NCBI RefSeq assembly: GCF_006345805.1
Contig: NC_043005.1
Location: forward strand, 31,868,001 to 31,932,000
Direction of reading: 5' to 3'
Length of the DNA stretch: 64,000 nucleotides
DNA from: Octopus sinensis
Lineage: Eukaryota
The notes below the pieces were generated by a model. That model made no database searches and was not told where the DNA came from. It saw only the letters and a list, made by a program, of their open reading frames with translations. Below, piece by piece: positions 1 to 11,416 of this stretch (positions within the stretch are counted from its first letter, which is position 1; every line of letters begins with the position of its first letter). The translations under genes and the position numbers were made by a program.

Positions 1-165
1 TTTTGTACTTAAGAGATGAGGAATTATATACATTATTTACATTTGGCGGATACTTGTCCTCATCTTGTTTGATGTTAACACATTTCGGTCGATATACCCT
101 CCAGCCTTCATCAAGTGTTTTGGAGAAATTTCGAACCTGAGTTCTCATTCCTAAGGTATTTTTGA
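1..165 (-). mobile_element. Penelope-like element terminal-repeat fragment with degenerate hammerhead motif
   Basis: Minus strand reads aacac-TTGATGA-A-GGCTG..CGACC-GAAAT-gtgtt. An inverted homologous copy lies at 1274-1375 and a 3' end copy at about 5745-5790. Confidence 0.5.
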
Positions 166-185
166 TGTTATTGTTGTTGTTGTTG

Positions 186-265
<80 letters not shown>
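166..265. repeat. (ATT)n/(GTT)n microsatellite
   Basis: Direct reading. Confidence 0.95.
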
Positions 266-266
<1 letters not shown>

Positions 267-968
267 TGTTTGACTTTTGCTTTATATTTGTACAAGTTTG
301 CTCCAAGTCTCACTCAGAGATCTCAAGAGACAACAGGTTGGAAGTTCATGTTGTTGTTATGCCTAGTGTGCCATATATTTGGTTTTGTATTTAGTGTTGC
401 ACTAGTGAATGTCTAAAAAAAACATACGAAAATTATGTTTGTTTTAAAACTTGAGATTACATAGAAAGTATTTTGCGTAGGATATGAGCAGTTCCCATGA
501 GCACTATCTTTTGAATTTCTGCCATTTTGGGGTTTCCTGGTATCTGAGTTAGGTAGCAATCAGCCCCTTTTGCTATCATTCCCAGGGCACCTATGACAAC
601 AGGTATTGTTTTAGTCTTCAAGTTCCTCATTTTACTGATTTCTATTTCAAGATCTTTATATTTGCTCAGTTTTTGGTAGGTCTTGACAGATACGTTTATA
701 TCGATTGGGACAGTCATATCAATGAGGACGCATGTTCTTTGTCTGAAGTCTTTCAATATGATGTCTGGCCTATTTGCATCTATCTTTCTGTCAGTTTGAA
801 GTTTGCATCTATCTTTCTGACAGTTTGAAATTTGCATCTATCTTTCTGTCAGTTTGAAGTTTGCATCTATCTTTCTGTCAGTTTGAAATTTGCATCTATC
901 TTTCTGTCGGTTTGAAATTTGTATCTATCTTTCTATCAGTTTCAAATTTGCATCTATCTTTCTGTCAG

Positions 969-971
<3 letters not shown>
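266..971 (-). mobile_element. 5'-truncated R4/Dong-type RLE non-LTR retrotransposon (family A): endonuclease end plus 3' UTR
   Basis: ORF 457-837 contains TDRKIDANRPDII..IDMTVP..KLSKYKDLEIEI..PVVIGALG..LMGTAHILRKILSM (PD..D RLE motif). 3' UTR 266-456 is shared with 17283-17495. (TAA)n lies on both sides. Confidence 0.9.
773..971. repeat. 29-bp tandem repeat, about 7 copies, derived from the element's own 5' terminus
   Basis: Unit tttgcatctatctttctgtcagtttgaa(g/a) starts at 773, 802, 831, 860, 889, 918 and 947. It is single-copy in the sister element at about 17812-17839. Confidence 0.95.
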
Positions 972-1045
<74 letters not shown>

Positions 1046-1119
1046 CATTATTATTATTATCATCATTATTATTATTATTATTATTATAATTATTATTATT
1101 ATTATTATTATAATTATTA

Positions 1120-1199
<80 letters not shown>
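972..1199. repeat. (ATT)n microsatellite
   Basis: Direct reading. Confidence 0.95.
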
Positions 1200-1203
<4 letters not shown>

Positions 1204-1274
1204 TCACTGCTTGGAATCGAACTCGGAATCTTGGGACTAGAAGCCCGCGCTCTTAACCACTACGCCATATGCCC
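1200..1274 (-). mobile_element. Short tRNA-derived SINE head followed by (AAT)n
   Basis: Minus strand gggcatatggcgtagtggttaagagcgcgggc..gagttcgattcc contains pol III A-box (TGGCGTAGTGG) and B-box (GTTCGATTCC) like motifs. Confidence 0.7.
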
Positions 1275-1375
1275 TGATGAAGGCTGGAGGGTATATCAGC
1301 TGAAACTTTGTGTTAACAACAGACAAGATGAGGACAAATATCTGTCAAATGTAAATAATATGAATACAACTAAGT
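1274..1375 (+). mobile_element. Penelope-like terminal-repeat fragment with hammerhead core
   Basis: CTGATGA-A-GGCTG-loop-CAGCT-GAAAC at 1274-1306; homologous to 1-120 in inverted orientation. Confidence 0.5.
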
Positions 1376-2248
1376 ATATTAAGAAAAATGTGTATGTGCG
1401 TGTGTGTGCGTTTGTGTGCGTGTGTGTGTGCACGTTCGTATGCATGTGTGAAGTCTGTTTTGTCTCGAGGCGTTAGGTTCATTAGGCTGGAGTTTATTTA
1501 GTTTCGATTGCAATTAACTGACCGAGAGTACAAGACAACCACTTCTACGGGTTGCCATTCTGTCGCAGGCTTATATATATAAAACTTACTTGGAAAAGGA
1601 TGCGTGGCATTCGATCATATAATAATATAAATAATATATAAATATATGCATACATATACATACATATATGTACATACCTACATATATATGTATATATACA
1701 TACATATATGGGTACAAGACATTAAAAAAACGTTGAACACAACGAGAAACGAAAACATAAAAACAAAAACATAGAAAAGAACTTTTTTTCAAACAGCGAA
1801 AAAAAACAGAGAAACAAGACATACAACACAAGGAATATCCCCCTTCTTCAGTTGTCCCTGTTTCGTCTACTCCACGTTTCGAAGGTAAGGACAAGATGCG
1901 ACTTCGTTGAAACAATCCTTCCCGCAAAGCAAATTAAATAAGATTTGGGATGTGTGTGTGTGTCTGTGTGTAGTAAAAGGAGGAATATTATTATCGCCAG
2001 ATACCGAATTTTTCTATGTAAAATGCCAAGGCTGGTTCCTTCAGGCGGTGCGTTTTATTGGTAAACTTCCTTTAACTCCCATCCAAAGTTAGAGTCTATT
2101 TCTTGTCTACTTAGAGTGTAAAGTACAGTATTGATAAGGGGAATGAAGAATTTGAACGTTAAAACTTTGTCTATTTCCAGTTAGCTCATTTATTATGAAT
2201 AGGTGAACGTTTAAACAATAGCTTATTCATTATGAATATGCGGACTAA

Positions 2249-2829
2249 GGCGGCGAGCTGGCAAAAACGTTAGCATGCCGGGCGAAATGCTTAGCGGTAG
2301 TTCGTCTGCCGCTACGTTCTGAGTTCAAATTCCGCCGAGGTCGGCTTTACCTTTCATTCTTTCGGAGTCGATTAAATAAGTACCAGTTATGCACTGGAGT
2401 CAATATAATCGACTTAATTCGTTTGTCTGTCCTTGTTTGTCCCCTCTGTGTGTAGAAATAAGAAACGTTAGCACGCCGGGCGAAATACTTAGCGGTATTT
2501 CGTCTGTCTTCATGTTCTGTGTTCCGCCGAGGTCGACTTTGCCTATCAGCCTTTCGTGGTCGATAAGTTAAGTACCAGTTGCGTACTGGGATCTATCAAA
2601 TCGGCTGGCCTCCGCCCCAAAAATTTCGGGTCTTGTGCCTATAGTAGAAAAGAAGCGTTAGCATGCTGGTCGCAATGCTTTGCAGTATTTCATCTGTTTT
2701 TACGTTCTGAGTTTAAATTCCGCCAAGGTCGACTTTGCCTTTCATCCATTCGGGGTCGATATATTAAGTACCAGTTGCGTACAATGGTCAATCTAATCGA
2801 CCCCCTCATGTACCTAGAGTAGAAAAGAT
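2249..2829 (+). mobile_element. Three tandem copies of tRNA-derived SINE family S1
   Basis: Repeated gaaacgttagca..gagttcaaattccgccgaggtcgactttgcctttcatcc..gtcgat..aagtaccagtt unit at about 2249, 2461 and 2652. Confidence 0.85.
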
Positions 2830-2992
2830 TATGAATAAGCTAACCAGAAATAAACATAGTTTTGGCGCATATGTGTGGTAACGAGCTTGCTTCCGGTGTA
2901 TAGTTTGTCAGTCGAATTCTTGGTTTTGCGAGTAACACACGTGTTCTTTCTTTTTTGCTGTCTCAGCGCTGCGATGTTTTTCCTCTTGTTTA

Positions 2993-4041
2993 ATGGAGGG
3001 GCGTCGGGTTAGGTGTTGCGAAAATTTTAATTATTCTTCTTCAGACTTGGTGTCGTCTGAGGAGTGTTTGAAGAGGATTGTTGAAGCAATGGAGACGAAG
3101 AATTATGCAGAGGCGACGAAAGAAAGAAGCGAAGATGTAAGACTGGGGGATATAAGCAAATTCTATGAAATGATTAAAAGGGAAGAGGACGAAGTGAAGG
3201 TGTTCTTCCGCAAAGAAATGTTAAAAGAAAAGAAAATGAGAAAACAATAATTTACAGAATATACTCGGTAGCAGCTAGGAAGATTGAAGTCATGACGACG
3301 ACTCAAATAGAACAGGCTCTGAAACCAACCTAGCAAGGAATTTCCTACCTAGCCAGAGGGAAAAAAAATGAAACAGTGGAGGTGCGGTTTCGGGAGGTTG
3401 CTACAGCCATGCTGCACTCAGCAACACCGTTGAGAAGTGATGAAGTGGTGCTTCTACCCGTTTACCTCGGGAGACGTGCTTCAATGATTAGGTAGAAGAC
3501 ATACCCCCAGAAGTGGATGTAGCTTGGCTGGTAGCTGCCACACTGCTAGGCATGGAGGAGAAGGTGGTGGTCCTCCAAGTCCCCATGGCACCCCGCAGCA
3601 TCTGGCAAGGACAAAGCCTCGATATGGTGGTGAAGTCTGCCGTATAAAATATCGAAAATATGGTAGAGACAATCACGGTCGGAGACGCAACACAGAAAGT
3701 GCTATAAATGTTGCCTGAAAGGCCACATTAGAGCGGATTGTCCTCCACCACTTGTGAAAGCTAAGGAGAGACAAGAGAATGAGAAAGTGGCTGGTGATCC
3801 ACTGCCCGTGGAGGTTGGGGAAAAGGAGAGTGAAGTGGCTCCACAGACAAAGACCAGTACTAGCGTCGAAGAAGAGGAGATGGACAATGAATGGGAAGTA
3901 GCTGGGAGAAAGAAGAGAAAAAAGGCACACGCAGTAAAGAATGACCCGCATCCCACACCCATTTTACCCAACAAACACAAGCACAGAAGAACCCCAAATT
4001 TCCCCACCCTCGCATTTCAAAAACATATTGTACAATGGTGA
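2993..4041 (+). mobile_element. Degenerate gag-like ORF1 of an L1/Tx1-type non-LTR retrotransposon
   Basis: CCHC zinc knuckle CYKCCLKGHIRADC at 3700-3741, in frame with acidic/basic ORF 3754-4041. Multiple stops and frameshifts. A similar knuckle occurs at 63443-63958. Confidence 0.6.
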
Positions 4042-4634
4042 AAATGAAGAACTATATGGCAAAATAGACTTGTGGACAATGCTATAAAAGTGGATGTATC
4101 AGGAGTGAAGTGGGTGTCCGAGTACATTCGTTGTGTAGTACAGACACACAATATACGTCGGAATTGAAGGACTATGAGGAAAATCAAGACTATAAGTGGT
4201 GGGTCAAGAAACTGGACACCAGCTCAATGTCGAAACAAGTAAGTTTGCAGGATATTTTTTTTTTTAAATATAATGTAAACATTCTTCGGAAGGATGGTAA
4301 TTAGCTGTCGTCAAAAAGGAAAAAATAAAGCATTATATAATATATATTTCGTTTTTGGATTTGGTTTGCAAGATTCTTTATGTGAGTTCTTGTGTTAAAT
4401 TATAAGGCACAAAAAGAAAATGACTCTCCCTAGACACATTATAAACTAGTTTTTAAAAATGGTTGTATTAACAGGTTCTATGAAGTCGCTCGGAGGTGGC
4501 GGCCGAACGTTTTCATTTCATCTTTCATTATATTAATTCATTCTTTCCATTCGTTTTGTTTTGTTGTTTTTTTTTGTCCCCACCTTGTGCTGTCCCCTCT
4601 ACGTAAGGCCTTCATGGCCAATTTCATAAATAAA

Positions 4635-4962
4635 GAAGCTTCCTAACCACATGGTTCCGGGTTCAGTCCTGCTGCGTAGCACCTTGGGCAAGTGTCTTCT
4701 ATTGACTCGGGCCGACAAAAGCTTTGTGAGTGGATTTGGTAGACGGAAATTAAAAGAAGTCCGTCGTATATGTGTGTGTGTGTATGTTTTGTGTCTTTGT
4801 TTGTTCCCCCACCACCATCGTTTGAGAACCGATGTTGGTTTGTTTACGCCCCCGTAACTTAGCAGTTCGATAGAATAAACAGCAGGCTTACAAAGATTTC
4901 TTCGACTAAAAAAGCAGTGCTCCAGCATAGTCACAGTCAATTGACTGAAACAAGTAAAAGAA
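4635..4962 (+). mobile_element. SINE family S2
   Basis: ccacatggttccgggttcagtc..ccttgggcaagtgtcttct..gtccgtcgtat..ctccagcat..gactgaaacaagtaaaaga; homologous to 50356-50771. Confidence 0.85.
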
Positions 4963-5352
4963 TATAAATAGATATATATATATATATATATATTCTTTTA
5001 CTTGTTTCAGTCAATTATCATTATTGTTTTTACGTATTTTCGTATTCTTATTCGTGTTATTATTATTTTTACGTATTTTTGTATCCTTATTCGTTCCCGT
5101 CCTTGTTTTGTATACATTCGAGGCTTTCTTCCAAGGAATCTAATGCGCTTGGCTTAGATTTTCCTTTGGGGTTGGCCAGGTCGGAGCAATCTCAAAATTA
5201 ATCAGCCGAAATTGCGAAGATGATCCGGTTTTTGACTGAAGATCGAAGGCTTCGAATGTCCCGTCCGTTTTTTTGTATCGTCTTCTAAATGTTTTGCGTT
5301 CTTGTCCCAGTTTGTGTTTTTTTACATTTATCCTATATATATATATATATAT

Positions 5353-5689
5353 ATAATGTAAAGTATAGAAGCCATCTTATCATGGCTAACCACAAATAGA
5401 TATAAGTTTTTCTAGAAAAACTTATATCTATTTGCAAAGGAGCCTTCTCTTTCATCGCTACCTGGTGGTTACCGCCCGTTGACGAGGGACAACAATCCCG
5501 AAACTAGTTCGAGCGTATCACTCAGGCTTGCGAGGAAGGGATGGCCTCCCTTTGCAAATACTCCAAGGACACAGATATTGTGTCGAAAGCCAGCTTGAGG
5601 CGAAGATCTCTTGGGGCTATAAAGCTACAGTAACATCCCCTCCCCAATGTGGTTAGCCATGATAAGATGGCTTCTATACTTTACATTAT
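5353..5689. mobile_element. Fold-back element with perfect 42-bp terminal inverted repeats and an internal hammerhead-like motif
   Basis: 5353-5394 is the exact reverse complement of 5648-5689. Perfect 42-bp palindrome at 5393-5434. TTGACGA-GGGA-caacaa-TCCC-GAAAC-TA-GTT at 5479-5509. Confidence 0.8.
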
Positions 5690-5974
5690 CGAGCGATTAC
5701 TGTTTCAATCTCATTCTGAGATTTAATTATGCTATATATATATAGTTCTATATTTAAGAGATGAGGAATAATGTACATTATTTACATCACTTGAAAATAT
5801 GCGAGCAGTAACCAGGAGCTTTTCGCATTTCGCATAAAGCTTTAAATCATCCATAAATAGATGATTTATCTAACAATATCCTTTCCCGAAATCATAAGCT
5901 ATTTTGACATTACGTAATATCAGACGGAGCGGTTTCATGGCCATTACAAATAGTAATGGAGATAAGCTATCATT

Positions 5975-6105
5975 TTGTCATACCGTTTCACCCCTCTCAT
6001 TACACATTCTGCATTTGTCGTTATCGGTTGTGTTGTCTATTCTACACTTCATATAGTTGCAAACATCTCTTGCGTTCACATTTTTTGCAAACTGAATTAT
6101 TAAGA
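5975..6105 (-). mobile_element. RLE retrotransposon remnant (CCHC zinc-knuckle region)
   Basis: Translation RIDNTTDNDKCRMCNERGETV, similar to 28707-28780. Confidence 0.6.
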
Positions 6106-6290
6106 AGCGGTGAACCAGCTTTGCGGCATTTCGTCTGTCCTTACATTCTAAGTTCAAATTCTGCCAATCGACTTTGCCTTTCAATATTTTGGGGCGCCGT
6201 AAATTAAGTACCATTTGAGCATTGGAGTTGATTACATCGACTTATCATTCCCTAAAATTGCTGGCCTTGTACCAAAATGTGGAATCATCA
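6105..6290 (+). mobile_element. SINE family S1, degenerate
   Basis: tttcgtctgtcc..agttcaaattctgcc..gactttgcctttc..aagtacca motifs. Confidence 0.7.
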
Positions 6291-6639
6291 CTATCATGAT
6301 TATTATTATTATTGTTATTATTAATACAAGATACAAAGTTATATCTTGAGATCGCTAGTGATAACAATACTCAAAATATATAACAGACTGGAATTGTAGT
6401 GCTCCAAATGAGCCATATTCCACTTGTTAATCTGAGGGGAGGCAATGTGAGCAGCAACTAGTGGAACATTACAAAATTCCCAGCAAGATCAAACACATAC
6501 ATATATTCATATATTCATTTATATTTACAGAACAGATATAAAGTCCGACATTTAAAAATATAATAATATATAAAGAAATAAACATCATATAAAATATATA
6601 AATATATATTATATATATCATATATCATATATATCATCT

Positions 6640-9600
6640 ATCAAGTCACAATAAGGACTTCAGACAGATAATACTTTCCTTAAGATCTGCGCTGTGCCCA
6701 ATAAGACTGCTTTTTGCAAGACATCAATCTTGCATAAGATTTCCAGCTGTCTTAAGAAGTTTGAAGTTTCAACGGGATTGAGCCCAACGCTCCGATCACC
6801 ACTGGTATCACTTTTACATTACCCTTTCGCATTCAATACAATCTTGCCCCTTCCACTTTCAATTCGGAGTACTTGGTGCTTTTTCAACCTCTTTACTCAC
6901 AACATTCATGTCATTTGGTATGGCTACATCAATGATCTGACAGTATTTGTCTCTCTTATTCAATATGACAATATCCGGCCGACGGTGTTCGATTACACGA
7001 TCCGTTTGAAAATCATAGTCCCAGATTATCGTTACTTTTCCATCCTCCTGCATAACTTTACATGGCACATGCTCATACCAGTTCTCTGTTACTTCATATT
7101 GGTATTTACGGCATAAGAACCAGTGAAGCTACACGGCGCTGGAATTCGTTTTGTGCAAGGCTCTCACATCAACTTACCAATTGGGTCACATTTTCCACGC
7201 TCTTTCCACAGAGTCTTCATTTCTGTGTGTCAGAAGTTTTATATATGTTGCACTTCACTGACTTGGTTTCGAGAGCCTGGTCTTGTGCAGCAATGATCAG
7301 GCTTTCGGTGGTACACTTCAAATCACCTCGCTCAAGTTATGCCCACGATTATGTATTATCCTTAACGTTAGTTGTATTCCTTTCAAATTGTCCCTGCATT
7401 CTCATTTCAAAAAGGTCTTCTTTTCCCTTCTCCTCAGATCTTTGATTAAAGTCTTCCTTGCCCATCATTTCCTCTGCATTTACACCCATATCTTTGGCGG
7501 CATATTGTAGCAGGTCTTCATCACTATTTATCAAATACTCGGCAAGCGTTCTCCTTTCACTCTTTATACAATAGTCTATACTAATTAGTCCTCTTACTCT
7601 TTATATACAGTCTGTTTATGTTTGCTTTAGGGTGTAGTACCCCATGCAGCGCCATCAACTTTCTTGTCCTTCTACCCAGTGTTGATATTTCCTCCTTAGT
7701 CCATTTGAGGATGGGTGCACTATATCTGACCACTGCAACTGCCCAGATATTCATCGCGGTAATAACATTTTTGGCATTCATGTTGGATTTCAACACTATC
7801 TTCACCCTTTTTTGATACGCCTCGCTGACCTTGACTTTCATTTCTCTGTGTAGAATGTCATCCAGCTCCAAAATCCCCAAATATCTATACCCACTATCGT
7901 CGGGTTCACCAAACCTGATGGTAACCGCAGTCCTCTGCAGGGTGTTTTCTTCCCTCTTTTCATATAAGTACTGAGCATTTGGTAATTCCAAATTCCATAC
8001 TGATGTCCCTACCATACTTCTTGACTGTTTTGGTTAAGAAATCTATCGGTTTTTCAGATTTCCCACACAATTTCAGGTCATCCATAAACAGAAGATGGTT
8101 CAATGATGGGCCTTTCTTCTCACGTCGGTAACCATCTTAACTTTCCTAAGTGTCATTGTTATGGGTATTAGTGCAATAACAAATAGTAACGGAAAAAACG
8201 AGTCACCTTGAAAGATTCCCCTTTTAATATTAACTTCTCCAAGGAATACATTATTTGAGTACAACTTGGTTTTCCACTCTTTCATGCTATGTATCAGAAA
8301 ATTTATGATGTTGTCAGCAACACCAAACATCTGCAGGCATTCAACTATCCAAGAATGCGGTATCACGTAATATACCTCATCATATAACATGCCTTCTTAA
8401 AGTTAATCCAAGCCATAGACATGTTTGTATGATGTTTTTTTTTTACAATGCCTCAAAACTGTTTAATCAGTGACCAAGTGATCCTTGGTACCCTGAGAAC
8501 TCTTCCTACATCCTTTTTGTTCCCTTGGTAGTATTTCTTCCGGTGCCAGGATAGTGTATGTCTTTGCTGCACATATTCCAGTGAGTATCTTCCAGATTAT
8601 GTTTAGGCATGCTATGGGACGGTAGTTTCCCACGATATTCCCTTTTCTTCTATGTTTCATTGTAAGCGTTGTCCTCCCAGTCACTATACACGCGGGGACT
8701 GCTCCTTTCAGGACACACTCATTCAATTGAGCTGCTAGTCGTTCATGCACCGAGTGGCATCTCTTCAGCCAGAAGCCAGGAATTCCATCTGGTCCGGGGG
8801 GCTTTCCAGCTAGGCACTTTACCCACTCGTTCTTTAACATCTTTAACAATATTCCTTTGTTTCTTTCCTCCTTATAATTCTGTCTTGATAGTTCTTATCC
8901 ACATTGCATCCCTTTTATGCACCACATTGTTTCCCTATAATCTGCTTCAGAACTCCTTGACATCATTAGCAACATTTTCCCCATTGTCTCCTTCTAACGT
9001 TCGGAAGAATTGCTTTTGGTTATTTTTGAACAATCTGTTCTCGCTTGCTTCTTTCTGTTCACAAATCTTCTGATCAGGCTTTTTGCCATGATCTACTATT
9101 TTAACTGCTCTATTACTGCATCAAACCCGTTCTTCCGTATTTTATATTTCTTTAATTTTTCTTGGTCGGTCTTTTTCCTATTTTTCCAGTTTCCTTTTAA
9201 CCATTGCTCAATTTTTCCTAGACATTGTCTTGCTCGCATTATATCCCTTTCAATGCATCGTTTCCACCATGGTTCTTTTGCTCCACCATTTTTTGTTCTC
9301 TGAAATTGTAATGTCTCCTCAACAAGTAGCGCAATAACCCGGAGAAGATTCCTTGTTTGTGTTATGTCCTCCGACTGGATGAATGGTATGAAAGTATTTA
9401 TCGTTTGTGTTACTTTATTTATCATACTCCTATCTACCCTTCTCATATTCATGAGGACTTTTTCTTCTGGAGCATTCATCAAGTCGGTGAGTCGTCTTTG
9501 AATTTCAAGCAATTCATTATCTAATTGCTTCATTTCCCCTGTATGTCCACCTACCAAAGTATCAAGGTTCACTGTATAACGTTCCTGCTCCTCATCCTTA

Positions 9601-10200
9601 ACAGCCTCAAGACCATTTCCCTGTTCCTCCTGTCTACTCTTCTCTCTGTTTTCAACTCCAACCATCCTTTGTAACTCATCCGCAAGGTCTCTCAGGCTCT
9701 CACTAATCAGAGATATTTCTACTCCAGTTAAGTATCCCTTTCTCCTAATTACTCTCGCTTGATTCATTAGTTTATTTTCTGACATTGGACACATGTCCTT
9801 TTCCATCCAAAATTTCAAGGTACATCGGCCTGGTCCGCAACTCTTTTCCAGCTTTGCTCTTTCATGACATTCAATAAGTGTATCGTACTCTTCCTTCGTC
9901 CGCTAATGTCTGTTTTTGTGCACACCGTGTATGTGATCTTTTGTGACATAACGACCGCCCGAAGCCAGATCACTGCCCCTGATGTAGGCGGTTTCGGACG
10001 TGCCTGGCGGGAAACCTTCACCATGATCGGCTTTAATTCTTTCATTGTTGTGTTGCATCATGATTTCATGTGTCGTTCGTGGGTTCCCACGGGAGTTGTT
10101 ATTGAGATCCCATTTGTAAAGGGAACTGGTTGCTTCTTTACACTTTTGGGGTGCAACTTGGGTGCAACACAACTTCCTTTCTTTTTGTTTCTAGAAACTA
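6640..10200 (-). mobile_element. Near-full-length decayed R4/Dong-type RLE retrotransposon
   Basis: Collinear fragments: N-terminal RTKEEYDTLIEC..ENKLMNQARVI, PGPDGIPGFWLK, YRPIACLN, RGIFQGDSFFPLLF, YRYLGIL, WDYDFQTDRVIEHRRPDIV, LLGTAQILRKVLSV-stop (6660). Many stops and frameshifts. Confidence 0.85.
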
Positions 10201-10528
10201 CCAGTCAGGAACGAAAAGCAAGTTTAAAAATATATATAATTCTTTATTTTCTTGGTTCAACAATGAAACACGATGGTATGCTGGTATCCACCTAGTTCAA
10301 CGCAGCAAGGCTGAATTCAAACGTTTGTAAGCTTTACAACAATTCAGCAGCAGTGGAACAGGTTAAATCCTAAGCGTCTGGGACAGGAGAATAGGCTGAT
10401 CACAGGTTTCAAAATATACGTCCTTTCCCTTCTATCGCCGTGTCTCAAGTCCCCGATGCTATTAAGGAACGCTATGGAATTTATTCTTCAGTCTCTAGCG
10501 CATGTGCATGAGGGAACTTCCTTATGCC

Positions 10529-10553
10529 TTTCCAGAAGGTTCCAGAAGGTTCC
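10529..10553. promoter_or_regulatory. Heat-shock-element-like array of five alternating nGAAn/nTTCn units
   Basis: TTCcaGAAggTTCcaGAAggTTC at 10530-10552; sequence match only. Confidence 0.45.
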
Positions 10554-10844
10554 AACCCCACACACGCACACTGAAGAAGGACGTTCCGCACACGCACACT
10601 GAAGAATGACGTTGCGTGTGCGCACACTGGAACATGACGTCACTACACATTTCTCTCTTCCTCTCTTTATTAGTATATACACGTGCACATGTATGTACAT
10701 ACGCATATATATAAATAACGTGCTTGCATTGAGTCGCCTCCATAAACACAATGATTATCATTATCACCATCGTTCTACATATAGCATTTAAAAACATCAA
10801 TAATAATATGGATCCTGATATATTGCAGCAGATCTTCGTTAGTA

Positions 10845-11085
10845 ATTATCAACTACTTAGCAAGCGTTCTCCTTTCCCTCTTTGTACAATGGTCTATACT
10901 AACCAGTCCTCTGCCACCATTCTTTCTTTTCATATACAGTCTGTTTACGTTTGCAGTTAACACTTAATACTATCTTTTGCGCTCCCTGCATGAATAGCAA
11001 TCCAGGGATCATTCTCAACTAATTTTTAATTCGTTTACTGGTCATTTCAAGTGCTCCCACAATCACTGGTATTGTAACCATCTTA
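10845..11085 (-). mobile_element. Small remnants of a second copy of the 6640-10200 family
   Basis: 10850-10955 resembles 7532-7625; 11040-11085 reads TIPVIVGAL on the minus strand. Confidence 0.5.
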
Positions 11086-11355
11086 AGAGTAGGAGAAAGA
11101 GAAGCAGCTTGGTGAATAGACGAAATTCTACAGGTTTTGTAAATACATTCGGCAGATGGTCAGGAGATCAGCTGTGGGCGTTCCTGTGCGATAACGAGAC
11201 AAAATAGGCCCCACACCCTTGAGGTCAGCAGAGATCAAATGCGTTTACTAGTACTAGCGATCTCGAAAAGAACCAGTTCACCTTAGTTTTATAATTACTG
11301 ATAGTAAAAACGATTGTGCGTGTGTTTGTGTGCGCGCGTGTGTGTGTGTGTGTTG

Positions 11356-11416
<61 letters not shown>

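Noticed and set aside
773-971. CRISPR-like appearance of the 29-bp and 26-bp repeats
   Set aside because: There are no spacers, the units are element coding sequence, and the context is eukaryotic.
861-1256. Long ORFs of poly-I/Y/L/N and VC/RA/YI dipeptides here and at 20583-21500, 33388-38664, 46059-50926 and similar positions
   Set aside because: They are translations of stop-free microsatellites, with no coding signature.
1200-1274. Possible tRNA genes (also 35110-35182 and the S1/S2 heads)
   Set aside because: A/B boxes are present but there is no complete cloverleaf or acceptor stem, and they continue into multicopy SINE bodies or TAA tails.
1820-1890. Further hammerhead-like words (CTGAAGA at 1846-1852 minus, 5236-5262, 4487-4512, 54351-54365)
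   Set aside because: GAAA or stem II is missing or broken; too degenerate to call.
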